DNA of 32,000 bases from Candidatus Saccharimonadota bacterium (GTDB lineage: Archaea; Nanobdellota; Nanobdellia; Pacearchaeales; GW2011-AR1): the NCBI GenBank assembly GCA_049511795.1, contig JBEKXS010000001.1, positions 150,001 through 182,000 on the forward strand, in the 5' to 3' direction. Position numbers and translations under genes: made by a program. The notes beneath the pieces were generated by a model that saw only the letters and a program-made list of their open reading frames with translations, was not told the DNA's origin and did not search any database. Of this stretch, positions 7,226 through 15,131 are shown piece by piece (positions within the stretch are counted from its first letter, which is position 1; each line of letters starts with the position of its first letter).

Positions 7226-9082
7226 ATGTTAACAAATAATAGATTATGGTTATTTTTTGGAGCTTTTATATTAATTATTTTTTTATTGAATAATATTTCT
7301 GCATCAAGCATATGCTGGGTTGCAAATAGCACTGCTAACTGTCAAGCATCTTATGGTGGTACTGGTAAAGTAGTGATGCATGTCTCTGATGTAACAAATG
7401 CACATAGTGAGTTGGTAAGTCAATCTAGTTATAATGATGTTTTATGTTGTAATTTTGGTGGTGGTGATACTACTTGTTCTTCAACTTTAAATTCTATGAC
7501 AGGGCAGCCCATAAATAAAATTCTTGGATTGGCATATATAACAAATTCTCATGCAGAAAGTGGTGGCTTAACATTGCAATATGCTAATTATAATACAAAT
7601 AATGTTTGTTATGACAGCACAACATCATGCCAACCTGTTCCCGCAAATCCCGATGGCACATTTCCTAATTGTGGAACCAATCAAACAGCAATAATACAAA
7701 TCTCATCTGGTTTATCTTTAAATTACACAAATGCGCATGTAGAAAGTGCGGGACTTTCAAACTATAGAACAGAAATTTGCTGTAAAGTTAGCCAGTCACC
7801 ACCTCCTTCACCCTGCAAAATCACATTGGCATCATGGAGCACTACACAGATTGTAGTCGGAAATAGTGTAAAATTGAATGTTGCAACATCAAATTGCCAA
7901 CCAGGAACGCAAATTTCATTCTCGGTTTTTAGACATGGTGGTGGAAGCCCTTCATGCAGCAGCATCACCGGCTGCACAGATCCAAGTCCATCAACAATTT
8001 CTGTTGACTCAAATGGAAATGCAGTATTAACATGGGCATCAGGACCTGCTGATAACAATAGTTATTATTTTGTCGCAAGTTTAACGAGTGATTCATCGAT
8101 AAAAGCTCAAAGTAATGATTTAAGTGTTCTTAGCAAGCCTCCTGTTTGGTGTCAAAGTGTTACAGACTGCTCCAATTATCTTAATCAATCAACTTGCACA
8201 AATCCTGATATTTGCAATATAGCAAATAATATTGACCCTAATTGCGGCACTTCAGGAGTAAGTTGCTCTTGTTATTGGGATGCATCTGCAAATTTATGTA
8301 ATGATTCAATAAGTTATACTCCAACTCATTATCATGCAGAATGCCAGAACAGCAAGTGTGTTTTAGTTCAGGGTGATGGCGTGACTTCATGTGGTGTAGT
8401 AGGGGCTTCATGTACCATTCCAACTCCAAATTATGCAATGTGTGTTGGCACAACATGTATGCTTGTAAATGGTAGCGGAACAAATAGTTGCTCTTTGGAT
8501 GCAGATTGTATTAATAATACAAATAATCCTGCTCATGCAGAATGCCAGAACAGCAAGTGTGTTGAAGTTGCAGGAGATGGAAATACTTCATGTGCTATTA
8601 TAAATTACAACTGTTCAATACCTGCAGTATATTATAATAGTTGTGTAAGCCAGTTGTGTATGTTAACAAACGGAACAGGAACAAGTCAATGTTCTATAGG
8701 GCAGGACTGTGTTAACCTTCAACAAAATAGCAGCATTGGAACATGCTATTATCATGCAGCAAGTAACGGCACTTGCCAAGGCAATCAATTCTTAACAGTC
8801 AGTCTATCATCTAGATGGGTATGGGCTAATTCCGGAGTTGCACCCGTAAATGGTTTGTGTGATAGCGGATATGTTTTAGGCAGTGATGGAAATTGTCATT
8901 ATGATCCACAAAGTATCTCAGTATCATGTGTTGCCAAGACAGAAAACCTTCAATGCCCTACGCAGATTCCATTACCATTCTTCACTTTCTATAATATGAT
9001 TGCAGTACTTTTGATAATTGCAGCTGTCTACGTAGCAATCGGTGTGATGAAGAAAAAGAAAGTCAGGATAAAAATAGTTTAA
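7226..9082 (+). CDS. Cys-rich, repeat-containing surface protein with signal peptide and C-terminal TM anchor
   Basis: Signal peptide LWLFFGAFILIIFLLNNISASS. There are more than 50 Cys, many N-x-S/T sequons and internal repeats (see repeat features). The C-terminus PLPFFTFYNMIAVLLIIAAVYVAIGVMKKKKVRIKIV consists of a motif, a TM and a basic tail. Confidence 0.8.
   Translation: MLTNNRLWLFFGAFILIIFLLNNISASSICWVANSTANCQASYGGTGKVVMHVSDVTNAHSELVSQSSYNDVLCCNFGGGDTTCSSTLNSMTGQPINKILGLAYITNSHAESGGLTLQYANYNTNNVCYDSTTSCQPVPANPDGTFPNCGTNQTAIIQISSGLSLNYTNAHVESAGLSNYRTEICCKVSQSPPPSPCKITLASWSTTQIVVGNSVKLNVATSNCQPGTQISFSVFRHGGGSPSCSSITGCTDPSPSTISVDSNGNAVLTWASGPADNNSYYFVASLTSDSSIKAQSNDLSVLSKPPVWCQSVTDCSNYLNQSTCTNPDICNIANNIDPNCGTSGVSCSCYWDASANLCNDSISYTPTHYHAECQNSKCVLVQGDGVTSCGVVGASCTIPTPNYAMCVGTTCMLVNGSGTNSCSLDADCINNTNNPAHAECQNSKCVEVAGDGNTSCAIINYNCSIPAVYYNSCVSQLCMLTNGTGTSQCSIGQDCVNLQQNSSIGTCYYHAASNGTCQGNQFLTVSLSSRWVWANSGVAPVNGLCDSGYVLGSDGNCHYDPQSISVSCVAKTENLQCPTQIPLPFFTFYNMIAVLLIIAAVYVAIGVMKKKKVRIKIV
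7367..7786 (+). repeat. Three divergent intragenic modules built around T-N-[AS]-H-x-E ... [IL]CC
   Basis: The three units are VSDVTNAHSELVSQSSYNDVLCC, AYITNSHAESGGLTLQYANYNTNNVC and LNYTNAHVESAGLSNYRTEICC, spaced about 50-60 aa apart at protein level. Confidence 0.55.
8333..8734 (+). repeat. Tandem 201-nt (67-aa) intragenic duplication; each copy holds two 4-Cys submodules
   Basis: Copies begin at 8333 and 8534 (HAECQNSKCV...). The 31-nt stretch tcatgcagaatgccagaacagcaagtgtgtt is identical at 8332-8362 and 8533-8563. About half the residues and all 8 Cys positions are conserved in my hand alignment. Confidence 0.85.
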
Positions 9083-9103
9083 AATTAGTTCTGGAAATAG
9101 GAC

Positions 9104-9123
9104 AAATATTCGAGAGAATATTT
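9104..9123. promoter_or_regulatory. Perfect 8-bp inverted repeat (aaatattc gaga gaatattt) overlapping the downstream promoter
   Basis: Seen directly: 9104-9111 is the reverse complement of 9116-9123, with a 4-nt spacer. It lies between the stop at 9082 and the TATA box at about 9119-9128. Confidence 0.5.
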
Positions 9124-9128
9124 ATAAA
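9115..9128 (+). promoter_or_regulatory. TATA-box promoter core agaatatttataaa
   Basis: Identical 14-mer to 6719-6732. It lies about 30 nt upstream of ATG 9158, which fits a leaderless mRNA. Confidence 0.5.
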
Positions 9129-9157
9129 TCAGCTTGACCTTTTTTATAAATAAAAAG

Positions 9158-11743
9158 ATGGTCGATAAAACATGTGTTTTTTGTGTGTTTTTATCTGTGA
9201 TTTTTCTATTTTTTATTAGCTCTGTCTCTGCAAATTTTGTCCTTGGAAACCAAAGCTATTCAATAGGCAATATTTACGGACCTTCTGGCAGCATTACAGG
9301 CTGGGTAAACATAAGTTTTAATTCAGAGCCATTGAATGCCAATTTTACAAGTTCAACAGGAAACTCGATAAGTTTAGGGAACTTGTTAAATCAAAATATG
9401 GAATATATTGATACTTGCTCAACTTACAACTGCAGGACAGATTATTCTGCAAGCAATGCGCAGCAGACAAAAACAGCAACACTAAATGCAGGAGATTCAT
9501 CTATTTACGGAATAAAACTGACAGGAAATATTGCAAGTATAAATTCAATAAACTTTCAGCTGACAAGCGATGCAGGGCCTTCATGCTTGAACCAGGTTGA
9601 AGTTGATTTTCTTGGAGATGGTTCAATAGACAATATAAACACGAATTCTGCAGGATCAAATTCCTGCTCTGACACAACAAAAAGTTATGGATGCTTTAAT
9701 CAAAGCCTTGTTACAGACAATCCACAGATAGTAACTACGCCTTTATGCGAGCTTGTCAATCTTTCTGTTTCTCCTGGTTTTTTCATAGGAGCATGGATAC
9801 AAAAAATTAGCGGAAGCGAAGTTGTGAATGCCTCGCTTTATACAGTTAATGGAATAAATGTAGTAAAACATGCAGAGTGTACGCTTCCGGATGCTTCTTC
9901 AAATGGTGGAGAAGTTTCATGCATAGTTAATTATTCTGTTTCAACTCCACAGCAGGCTTATGTATGCATAAGAAATGTATCTGGAAACGGAAATTATGTA
10001 ACACAGGCATATTCAAGTCCTAATGGATGTGGATTTTCAGGAACTCCTGTTTCAACTGCATCAGCTGCTTATCCTATTTTTGCAGAGGGACAGCAATTTG
10101 ACAGTGTTGGAACAATGAATTTGAATTTGTCATACAATCAATCAATAAATCAGGCAATCAATTTTTCCAACCTTGCAGAGAACTACATAATACAAAATTA
10201 CAATAATGGATTGAATTGCACAGCTGGCTGCATTATCCCTATAAAAATAAATTCAAATGTTCCAAGCCAAAGTATAACATTAAGCAACCTATTGGTTAAT
10301 TACAAAACAGATATAGGTCAGCTTTCAACAAAAAATTTCTATGACCTTTCAGCTGCGCCTGCAAAAGTTTCTTCTGATTTCCAGCCACTTTATCTGGACA
10401 ACGCTGGCTTTACTTTGCCGAGCAATATTGGTAATTATGCTTTCTCGCTAAACCTTGACGGACAAAGCTTAATTTCTCAACAAGTACAAATTGCAAACAT
10501 TCCTGTAATAAGACTTGTAAATCCATTGAGAACAGCTTATGCATACCCAACAACATTTTCAGTAAGCGTTGATTCAAGCCAAAACCTCAGCATCTTTTCC
10601 TGGGATTTTGGAGACAACAGTTCTATTGTAACAACAGATACAAACTCAACAACGCACACCTATAACAGTGCAGGAGTTTACAATTTAATGATTAATGTAA
10701 CAGATGAAAATAATTTAAGTTCGTCAAAAACTTTCGCGATAAATGTCAGCTCGCCAACAGGATTAATAGCTGCAAATCTTAATGACATGAAAAGAGCTGT
10801 TTCTGTTTTGCAAGGCCAGGTTGCAGCCTTCACGTCATTTCAGCAGCAAGCTTTGAATGCATCCTTGAATCTTGGCTACATAAACAGCCAACTTAATCTT
10901 TTAACTTCTGAATTTAGCAACGCAAGCACTCCTTCTGATTATAATAATATAGTTGCAGGGCTTTTGGCAATAAAAATTCCTGACCAAATTTATGACACAG
11001 CAACTGCGCAGAATGTTCCTTTTGTTCAGCAATCAAATAATGTAAACATGAATGTTTTGCAGGAAATAGCTGGAGGAAATTACACACAAGGTCAAGACCA
11101 GGCTTATGCAGATGCAATCAATACATGGCAGCAGCTAAATCTTAACATGAACATGAATTATGATGAATTCACCGGCTCTTACTCAGGATACCTTGACCCT
11201 GTGGCAAAGGTCTTCACAATAACTGTCAGCGAGAAAAAAGACGTGCCTTATGATTACTATCTTGTTCTTCCTCAGATGGGTGGATTTACATCAGACAGCA
11301 ATTACAGCACAAAGGACAATTATATTTATTTTGACTTGAAAAACAAAAACACTGTTTCATTCTCAACAACAGACAATATTGATGTTACAAATCTTCCTGC
11401 ATTTATTTCACCTGCAATAAGCCAGCTTGATGTGACGACTACGACTGCTGAAACACCTATCTTGTCAAAATGGGTGACGTTTTCGCTAATAGTTGTCGGG
11501 ATTTTGATTGTAGCAATTGTTGTTTATCTTCTCTTGAGGAGATGGTATGACAGAAGATATGAAAATTATTTGTTCAAAAACAGAAACGACCTTTACAATA
11601 TGGTAAATTATGTAAATAATGCAAAAGGAAAAGGAATGCAGAACAATGAAATAGAGCAGAACTTAAGAAAAGCAGGATGGAGCGGCGAAAGAGTAGTGTA
11701 TGTGATGAGAAAATATGCAGGAAAAAGAACAGGATTGCTATAA
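9158..11743 (+). CDS. Large surface protein with a PKD domain, C-terminal TM and a small cytoplasmic tail domain
   Basis: ATG 9158 (MVDKTCVFCVFLSVIFLFFISSVSA signal peptide) is preferred to the TTG at 9134. A PKD signature FSWDFGDNSSIVTTDTNSTTHTYNSAGVYNLMINVTD lies at about nt 10500-10760. The TM is WVTFSLIVVGILIVAIVVYLLL and the tail is ...KGMQNNEIEQNLRKAGWSGERVVYVMRKY. Very many N-x-S/T sequons. Confidence 0.8.
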   Translation: MVDKTCVFCVFLSVIFLFFISSVSANFVLGNQSYSIGNIYGPSGSITGWVNISFNSEPLNANFTSSTGNSISLGNLLNQNMEYIDTCSTYNCRTDYSASNAQQTKTATLNAGDSSIYGIKLTGNIASINSINFQLTSDAGPSCLNQVEVDFLGDGSIDNINTNSAGSNSCSDTTKSYGCFNQSLVTDNPQIVTTPLCELVNLSVSPGFFIGAWIQKISGSEVVNASLYTVNGINVVKHAECTLPDASSNGGEVSCIVNYSVSTPQQAYVCIRNVSGNGNYVTQAYSSPNGCGFSGTPVSTASAAYPIFAEGQQFDSVGTMNLNLSYNQSINQAINFSNLAENYIIQNYNNGLNCTAGCIIPIKINSNVPSQSITLSNLLVNYKTDIGQLSTKNFYDLSAAPAKVSSDFQPLYLDNAGFTLPSNIGNYAFSLNLDGQSLISQQVQIANIPVIRLVNPLRTAYAYPTTFSVSVDSSQNLSIFSWDFGDNSSIVTTDTNSTTHTYNSAGVYNLMINVTDENNLSSSKTFAINVSSPTGLIAANLNDMKRAVSVLQGQVAAFTSFQQQALNASLNLGYINSQLNLLTSEFSNASTPSDYNNIVAGLLAIKIPDQIYDTATAQNVPFVQQSNNVNMNVLQEIAGGNYTQGQDQAYADAINTWQQLNLNMNMNYDEFTGSYSGYLDPVAKVFTITVSEKKDVPYDYYLVLPQMGGFTSDSNYSTKDNYIYFDLKNKNTVSFSTTDNIDVTNLPAFISPAISQLDVTTTTAETPILSKWVTFSLIVVGILIVAIVVYLLLRRWYDRRYENYLFKNRNDLYNMVNYVNNAKGKGMQNNEIEQNLRKAGWSGERVVYVMRKYAGKRTGLL

Positions 11744-11811
11744 GGCAAAGTATTCAATTGTAAAATTAAACACACAAAATTTAATAAACCTGAACAACAA
11801 ATTTATTTATA

Positions 11812-12453
11812 ATGGTAGTAAAAGAGTTCAAGAATTTCTTCAAAAGAATCTTCTTCAATATGTTTAAAGGGAAAAGGGAGCTGAAGCTTGGGTTTTATGG
11901 TCCGCCTAATGCTGGAAAAACAAGTCTGGCAAACAGGATATGCAAGGATTTCACAGGAGAAGAGTTGGGGACAGTAAGCAAGATACCTCATGAAACAAGA
12001 ACCGTGCAATTTAAGGAAAAAGTTGAGATAGATTACAAGGGAAAAAAGATGCTTTTCAAAATGATTGACACGCCGGGCATTGCAACAAAAATAGATTATG
12101 AAGATTTCCTGAAATATAGAATGAAAAAGAAAGATGCAATGGAAAGGGCAAAAGAAGCAACGCAGGGAGTTGTTGAAAGCATAAAATGGCTTGATGACAT
12201 GGATGTTGTTGTAATTGTTTTGGATGCTACGGAAAATCCATACAACCAGGTCAACTTAACAATAATCGGAAACCTTGTTGCAAGAAAAATTCCTGTCCTT
12301 ATTGTTGCAAACAAAATCGATTTGAGAAAGTCAAGCATAAAGAAAATAGAAGCTGCATTCCCTGAATATGAAGTAATAGGAATAAGCGCAAAATACGGGA
12401 AAAACTTGGAGGAGTTTTATGAATCCGTTTTCAAGCTCGCAAAAAGTGCCTGA
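11812..12453 (+). CDS. Small GTP-binding protein (Era/HSR1-like P-loop GTPase)
   Basis: G1 GPPNAGKT, G2 region PHETRT, G3 DTPG, G4 NKID, G5 SAK. The start may instead be ATG 11860 (MFKGKRELKLGF), because a TATA-like tttatttata directly abuts ATG 11812. Confidence 0.85.
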   Translation: MVVKEFKNFFKRIFFNMFKGKRELKLGFYGPPNAGKTSLANRICKDFTGEELGTVSKIPHETRTVQFKEKVEIDYKGKKMLFKMIDTPGIATKIDYEDFLKYRMKKKDAMERAKEATQGVVESIKWLDDMDVVVIVLDATENPYNQVNLTIIGNLVARKIPVLIVANKIDLRKSSIKKIEAAFPEYEVIGISAKYGKNLEEFYESVFKLAKSA

Positions 12454-12493
12454 AATAAAAAATTAAAAACCGCATTTCATATATAATAAAAAG

Positions 12494-12895
12494 ATGGTGA
12501 AGAAAATAAGTGGGAAAATCAAGGGGTTCAGCATCCAGTTTCTTCCATATGCTGAAATCAGAGGCCTTGACAGCGACCAAAGAATAAAAAAAATTCTTAA
12601 TATTGTTTTAGGAAACAATATCTTGATTTTGCAGGGAAGGCTTAACCCGAACGAGGAAACAAGGCTTATAGGAGATACAATGGCAATGATAGGCCATGTA
12701 AAAAACTTCAAAGGTGTCGAGCTCGCAGTTATTTCTGGAAATGGCAAAGAGGGATTTTTCGGAAAATTCAGGTCAAACCTTGTCAGCGCTATTGCAGGCG
12801 GAGACATAGGCGCTGTGACAATAATAGGACCTGCAACAATTGTCAAGGAAATAAAAAGAAATCCAAAGAAGATTGAATTGTTGCTGAAAGGATAA
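12494..12895 (+). CDS. Conserved-archaeal-type small protein (recalled as DUF2073-like) linked to the GTPase
   Basis: 133-aa ORF between the GTPase and the MPHxC Zn-ribbon gene. I can name no motif. The assignment rests on size and position and on memory of this archaeal gene trio. Confidence 0.5.
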   Translation: MVKKISGKIKGFSIQFLPYAEIRGLDSDQRIKKILNIVLGNNILILQGRLNPNEETRLIGDTMAMIGHVKNFKGVELAVISGNGKEGFFGKFRSNLVSAIAGGDIGAVTIIGPATIVKEIKRNPKKIELLLKG

Positions 12896-12947
12896 TTTTA
12901 TTCTAGAAGCCCATAAACTTTATAATTATGTTCTGCATTAAACTTTT

Positions 12948-13370
12948 ATGCCACATCAGTGTGTCAGATGCTCCAGAATAATTCCTGCAGGAAGCAGGGA
13001 AATTCTTGAAGGATGCAAAGAATGTCATAGTCACTTTTTCTTTTACATAAGGGATGACCAGCTAGAAAAAGCAGTTAACAATGTAATTGAAATACCTGAG
13101 AAAGACAAGGATAAAATAGAGGAAGACATAAGGGAAATGGTTGGTATTGAAGATTCGCAAACACCTGTTATTCTTGATGTTGAATCAATAAGGGCAACAG
13201 GAGAGGGTAAATTTGAATTGGACATTGCAAAAATATTCAGAAAAGATAGGCCTCTTATTTACAAGCTTGAGGAAGGAAAATATATCATTGACCTTGCCTC
13301 GACTCTTAACGCAAGTCCAAGCGACCTTGTCAAGAATATAGTGGGAAAAAAGAAAGGAAAGAAGAAATAA
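12948..13370 (+). CDS. Zn-ribbon protein (recalled as DUF2072-like)
   Basis: N-terminal MPHQCVRC-x14-CKEC forms a C4 zinc ribbon. This is followed by a charged region and a Lys-rich tail. Confidence 0.65.
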   Translation: MPHQCVRCSRIIPAGSREILEGCKECHSHFFFYIRDDQLEKAVNNVIEIPEKDKDKIEEDIREMVGIEDSQTPVILDVESIRATGEGKFELDIAKIFRKDRPLIYKLEEGKYIIDLASTLNASPSDLVKNIVGKKKGKKK

Positions 13371-13418
13371 TTCTATCTTGGGAGATATATTAATAAAGTA
13401 TTTTCTCTTTTTTCAGGC

Positions 13419-14699
13419 ATGCCCAGCAAAATTAATTCTGTTCTGAAAGAAGTTCTGTCTTTTGTCAAGCCATCTGAAAAAGAGATTATGGAAATAAATG
13501 CTAAGCTTAAGATTTTTCTGGAAAAAATAGATAAGAACAGGAAAAAGAACAAGATAAACGCACAGATTTTTGTCGGCGGAAGCCAGGCAAAATCAACAAT
13601 GATAAAAAAAGATTCTTATGACATAGATGTTTTTGTAAGGTTTGACAAGAAATACAAGGATTCAATGCTTTCTGACCTTACAGAAAAAATATTGAGTGGA
13701 CAGAAGTTCATAAGAATTCACGGCTCAAGGGATTATTTCAAGATAAAATCAGGAGAAGGGCTTTTCTTTGAAATTATTCCTGTAAAGATGGTTCAAAGTC
13801 CCAAGGAATCAGAAAATGTTACAGACCTTTCATATTCTCATGTCAATTATATAAAAAAGAAAATAAAATCTGAGAAATTGCTTGATGAAATAAGGCTTGC
13901 AAAATCTTTCTGCTATGCAAATCAAGCTTATGGTGCAGAATCTTATATCAGCGGTTTCTCTGGTTATGGTATTGAATTGCTTGTTTATTATTACAAAAGC
14001 TTTGAAAAGTTTGCAAAGGCAATTGCGAAAATAAATCTTAAAGAAAAAACAGTAATTGACATAGAGAAACAGCACAAGAACAAAAACCAGATATTAATGG
14101 ACATAAATGAGGCAAAGCTGAAATCTCCGATAATTCTTATAGATCCTACATACAAACAGAGAAATGTTCTTGCCGCATTGTCAATGGAAACACTGGCAGG
14201 GTTCCAGAAAATATGCATTAATTTTCTAAAAAAACCAGACGTCGGATTTTTCAAGCAGAAAGTTGTTGACATTGAAAAAGTCAGGCAAGATGCAAAGAAC
14301 AAAGGCTATGAGTTATTACTAATAAAAATAGCAACTAACAAGCAGGAAGGAGACATTGCAGGAAGCAAGCTACTCAAATTCTACAGATATATCAATCAGG
14401 AAATACAGAGGTTTTATGAAATAAAGGCAGATGGTTTTGAATATTCTGGTAAAAAAACAGCAAGAGCTTTTTATGTTGTGAAAAAAAGAAGAGATATTTT
14501 AGTTAGAGGGCCTAAAGTTAACGATAAAGAAAATGTCAAAAGATTCAGGCTAAAGCATAAAATTATTTCTGTTAAAAACGGGCAGCTATATTCAAAAATT
14601 CAGATTAAAGGTGCGGTAAAGGGATTTATGAGAGATTTTATATTAAAAAACAGAGACAAAATAAAGGACATGAGCATTACTGGGTTAGATGTTCTTTAG
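13419..14699 (+). CDS. cca: Archaeal class I CCA-adding enzyme (tRNA nucleotidyltransferase)
   Basis: Pol-beta-type motif FVGGSQAKSTMIKKDSYDIDVFVRF and the archaeal CCA hallmark AYGAESYISGFSGYGIELLV. Length 426 aa. Confidence 0.85.
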   Translation: MPSKINSVLKEVLSFVKPSEKEIMEINAKLKIFLEKIDKNRKKNKINAQIFVGGSQAKSTMIKKDSYDIDVFVRFDKKYKDSMLSDLTEKILSGQKFIRIHGSRDYFKIKSGEGLFFEIIPVKMVQSPKESENVTDLSYSHVNYIKKKIKSEKLLDEIRLAKSFCYANQAYGAESYISGFSGYGIELLVYYYKSFEKFAKAIAKINLKEKTVIDIEKQHKNKNQILMDINEAKLKSPIILIDPTYKQRNVLAALSMETLAGFQKICINFLKKPDVGFFKQKVVDIEKVRQDAKNKGYELLLIKIATNKQEGDIAGSKLLKFYRYINQEIQRFYEIKADGFEYSGKKTARAFYVVKKRRDILVRGPKVNDKENVKRFRLKHKIISVKNGQLYSKIQIKGAVKGFMRDFILKNRDKIKDMSITGLDVL

Positions 14700-15066
14700 C
14701 AGGAATGTCCACTACTTTTGTTTCAAGAGGTCCATAATACTCTCCGAGAAAAATTTCATCACCATTCTTTAAAAGATGCCCGGCATCTGTTAATCTTTTA
14801 CCGTTCACAAAGGTTCCATGCCTGGAATTCCCTCTTGAACCACCATCTGTAATATAAGGAATGTCTCCTGTTGCTGTTATTGTGGCATGGGTTCTTGAAA
14901 TATCCATTGTCATATCTATTAAAGTACCATCTTCCCATCCAACTTCTATAGTTGCACCATTATCAAGTCTGCCAAGAGTAACCTGTCCTCTATTCTCATT
15001 AAGAAGTCTTGTTAAACTATATCTTTTATTTTTCCTTATATGGTCTATCAAAAAATAATGTTCCAT
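14677..15066 (-). CDS. Minimal FHA-domain protein (paralogue 2)
   Basis: FHA signature residues TLGRLDNG, ISRTHATI and NSRHGTFVNGKRL. C-terminus LGEYYGPLETKVVDI. The 3' end overlaps the cca 3' end by 23 nt. Confidence 0.8.
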   Translation of the reverse strand: MEHYFLIDHIRKNKRYSLTRLLNENRGQVTLGRLDNGATIEVGWEDGTLIDMTMDISRTHATITATGDIPYITDGGSRGNSRHGTFVNGKRLTDAGHLLKNGDEIFLGEYYGPLETKVVDIPAKEHLTQ

Positions 15067-15131
15067 GTTAACAGACTATGAAAAAAATAAACTGGTTTAA
15101 AAACTTTTTTCAATTACTGCCTGATTTTTGA

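Noticed and set aside
9134-9157. N-terminal extensions in the ORF track at 9134 (TTG), 16914 (TTG), 17392 (TTG), 26490 (TTG) and 29500 (ATG, MRNGLRK..., overlapping rrp4).
   Set aside because: Downstream ATGs (9158, 16887, 17404, 26439, 29572) give canonical N-termini, proper signal peptides, TAAAATG junctions or correct TATA spacing. The extensions overlap upstream genes or promoters.
12463-12846. Long antisense ORFs opposite real genes. These are 12463-12846 (-), 27915-28337 (-), 29030-29419 (-), 31224-31724 (-), 19922-20383 (+), 4056-4406 (+), 765-1100 (-) and 13991-14302 (-).
   Set aside because: Each lies fully inside a well-supported gene on the other strand. Their products are low-complexity (Ser/Phe/Leu/Ile-rich) with no motifs. 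Purine-rich coding strands in AT-rich genomes often leave the antisense frame free of stops. I treat them as shadow ORFs.
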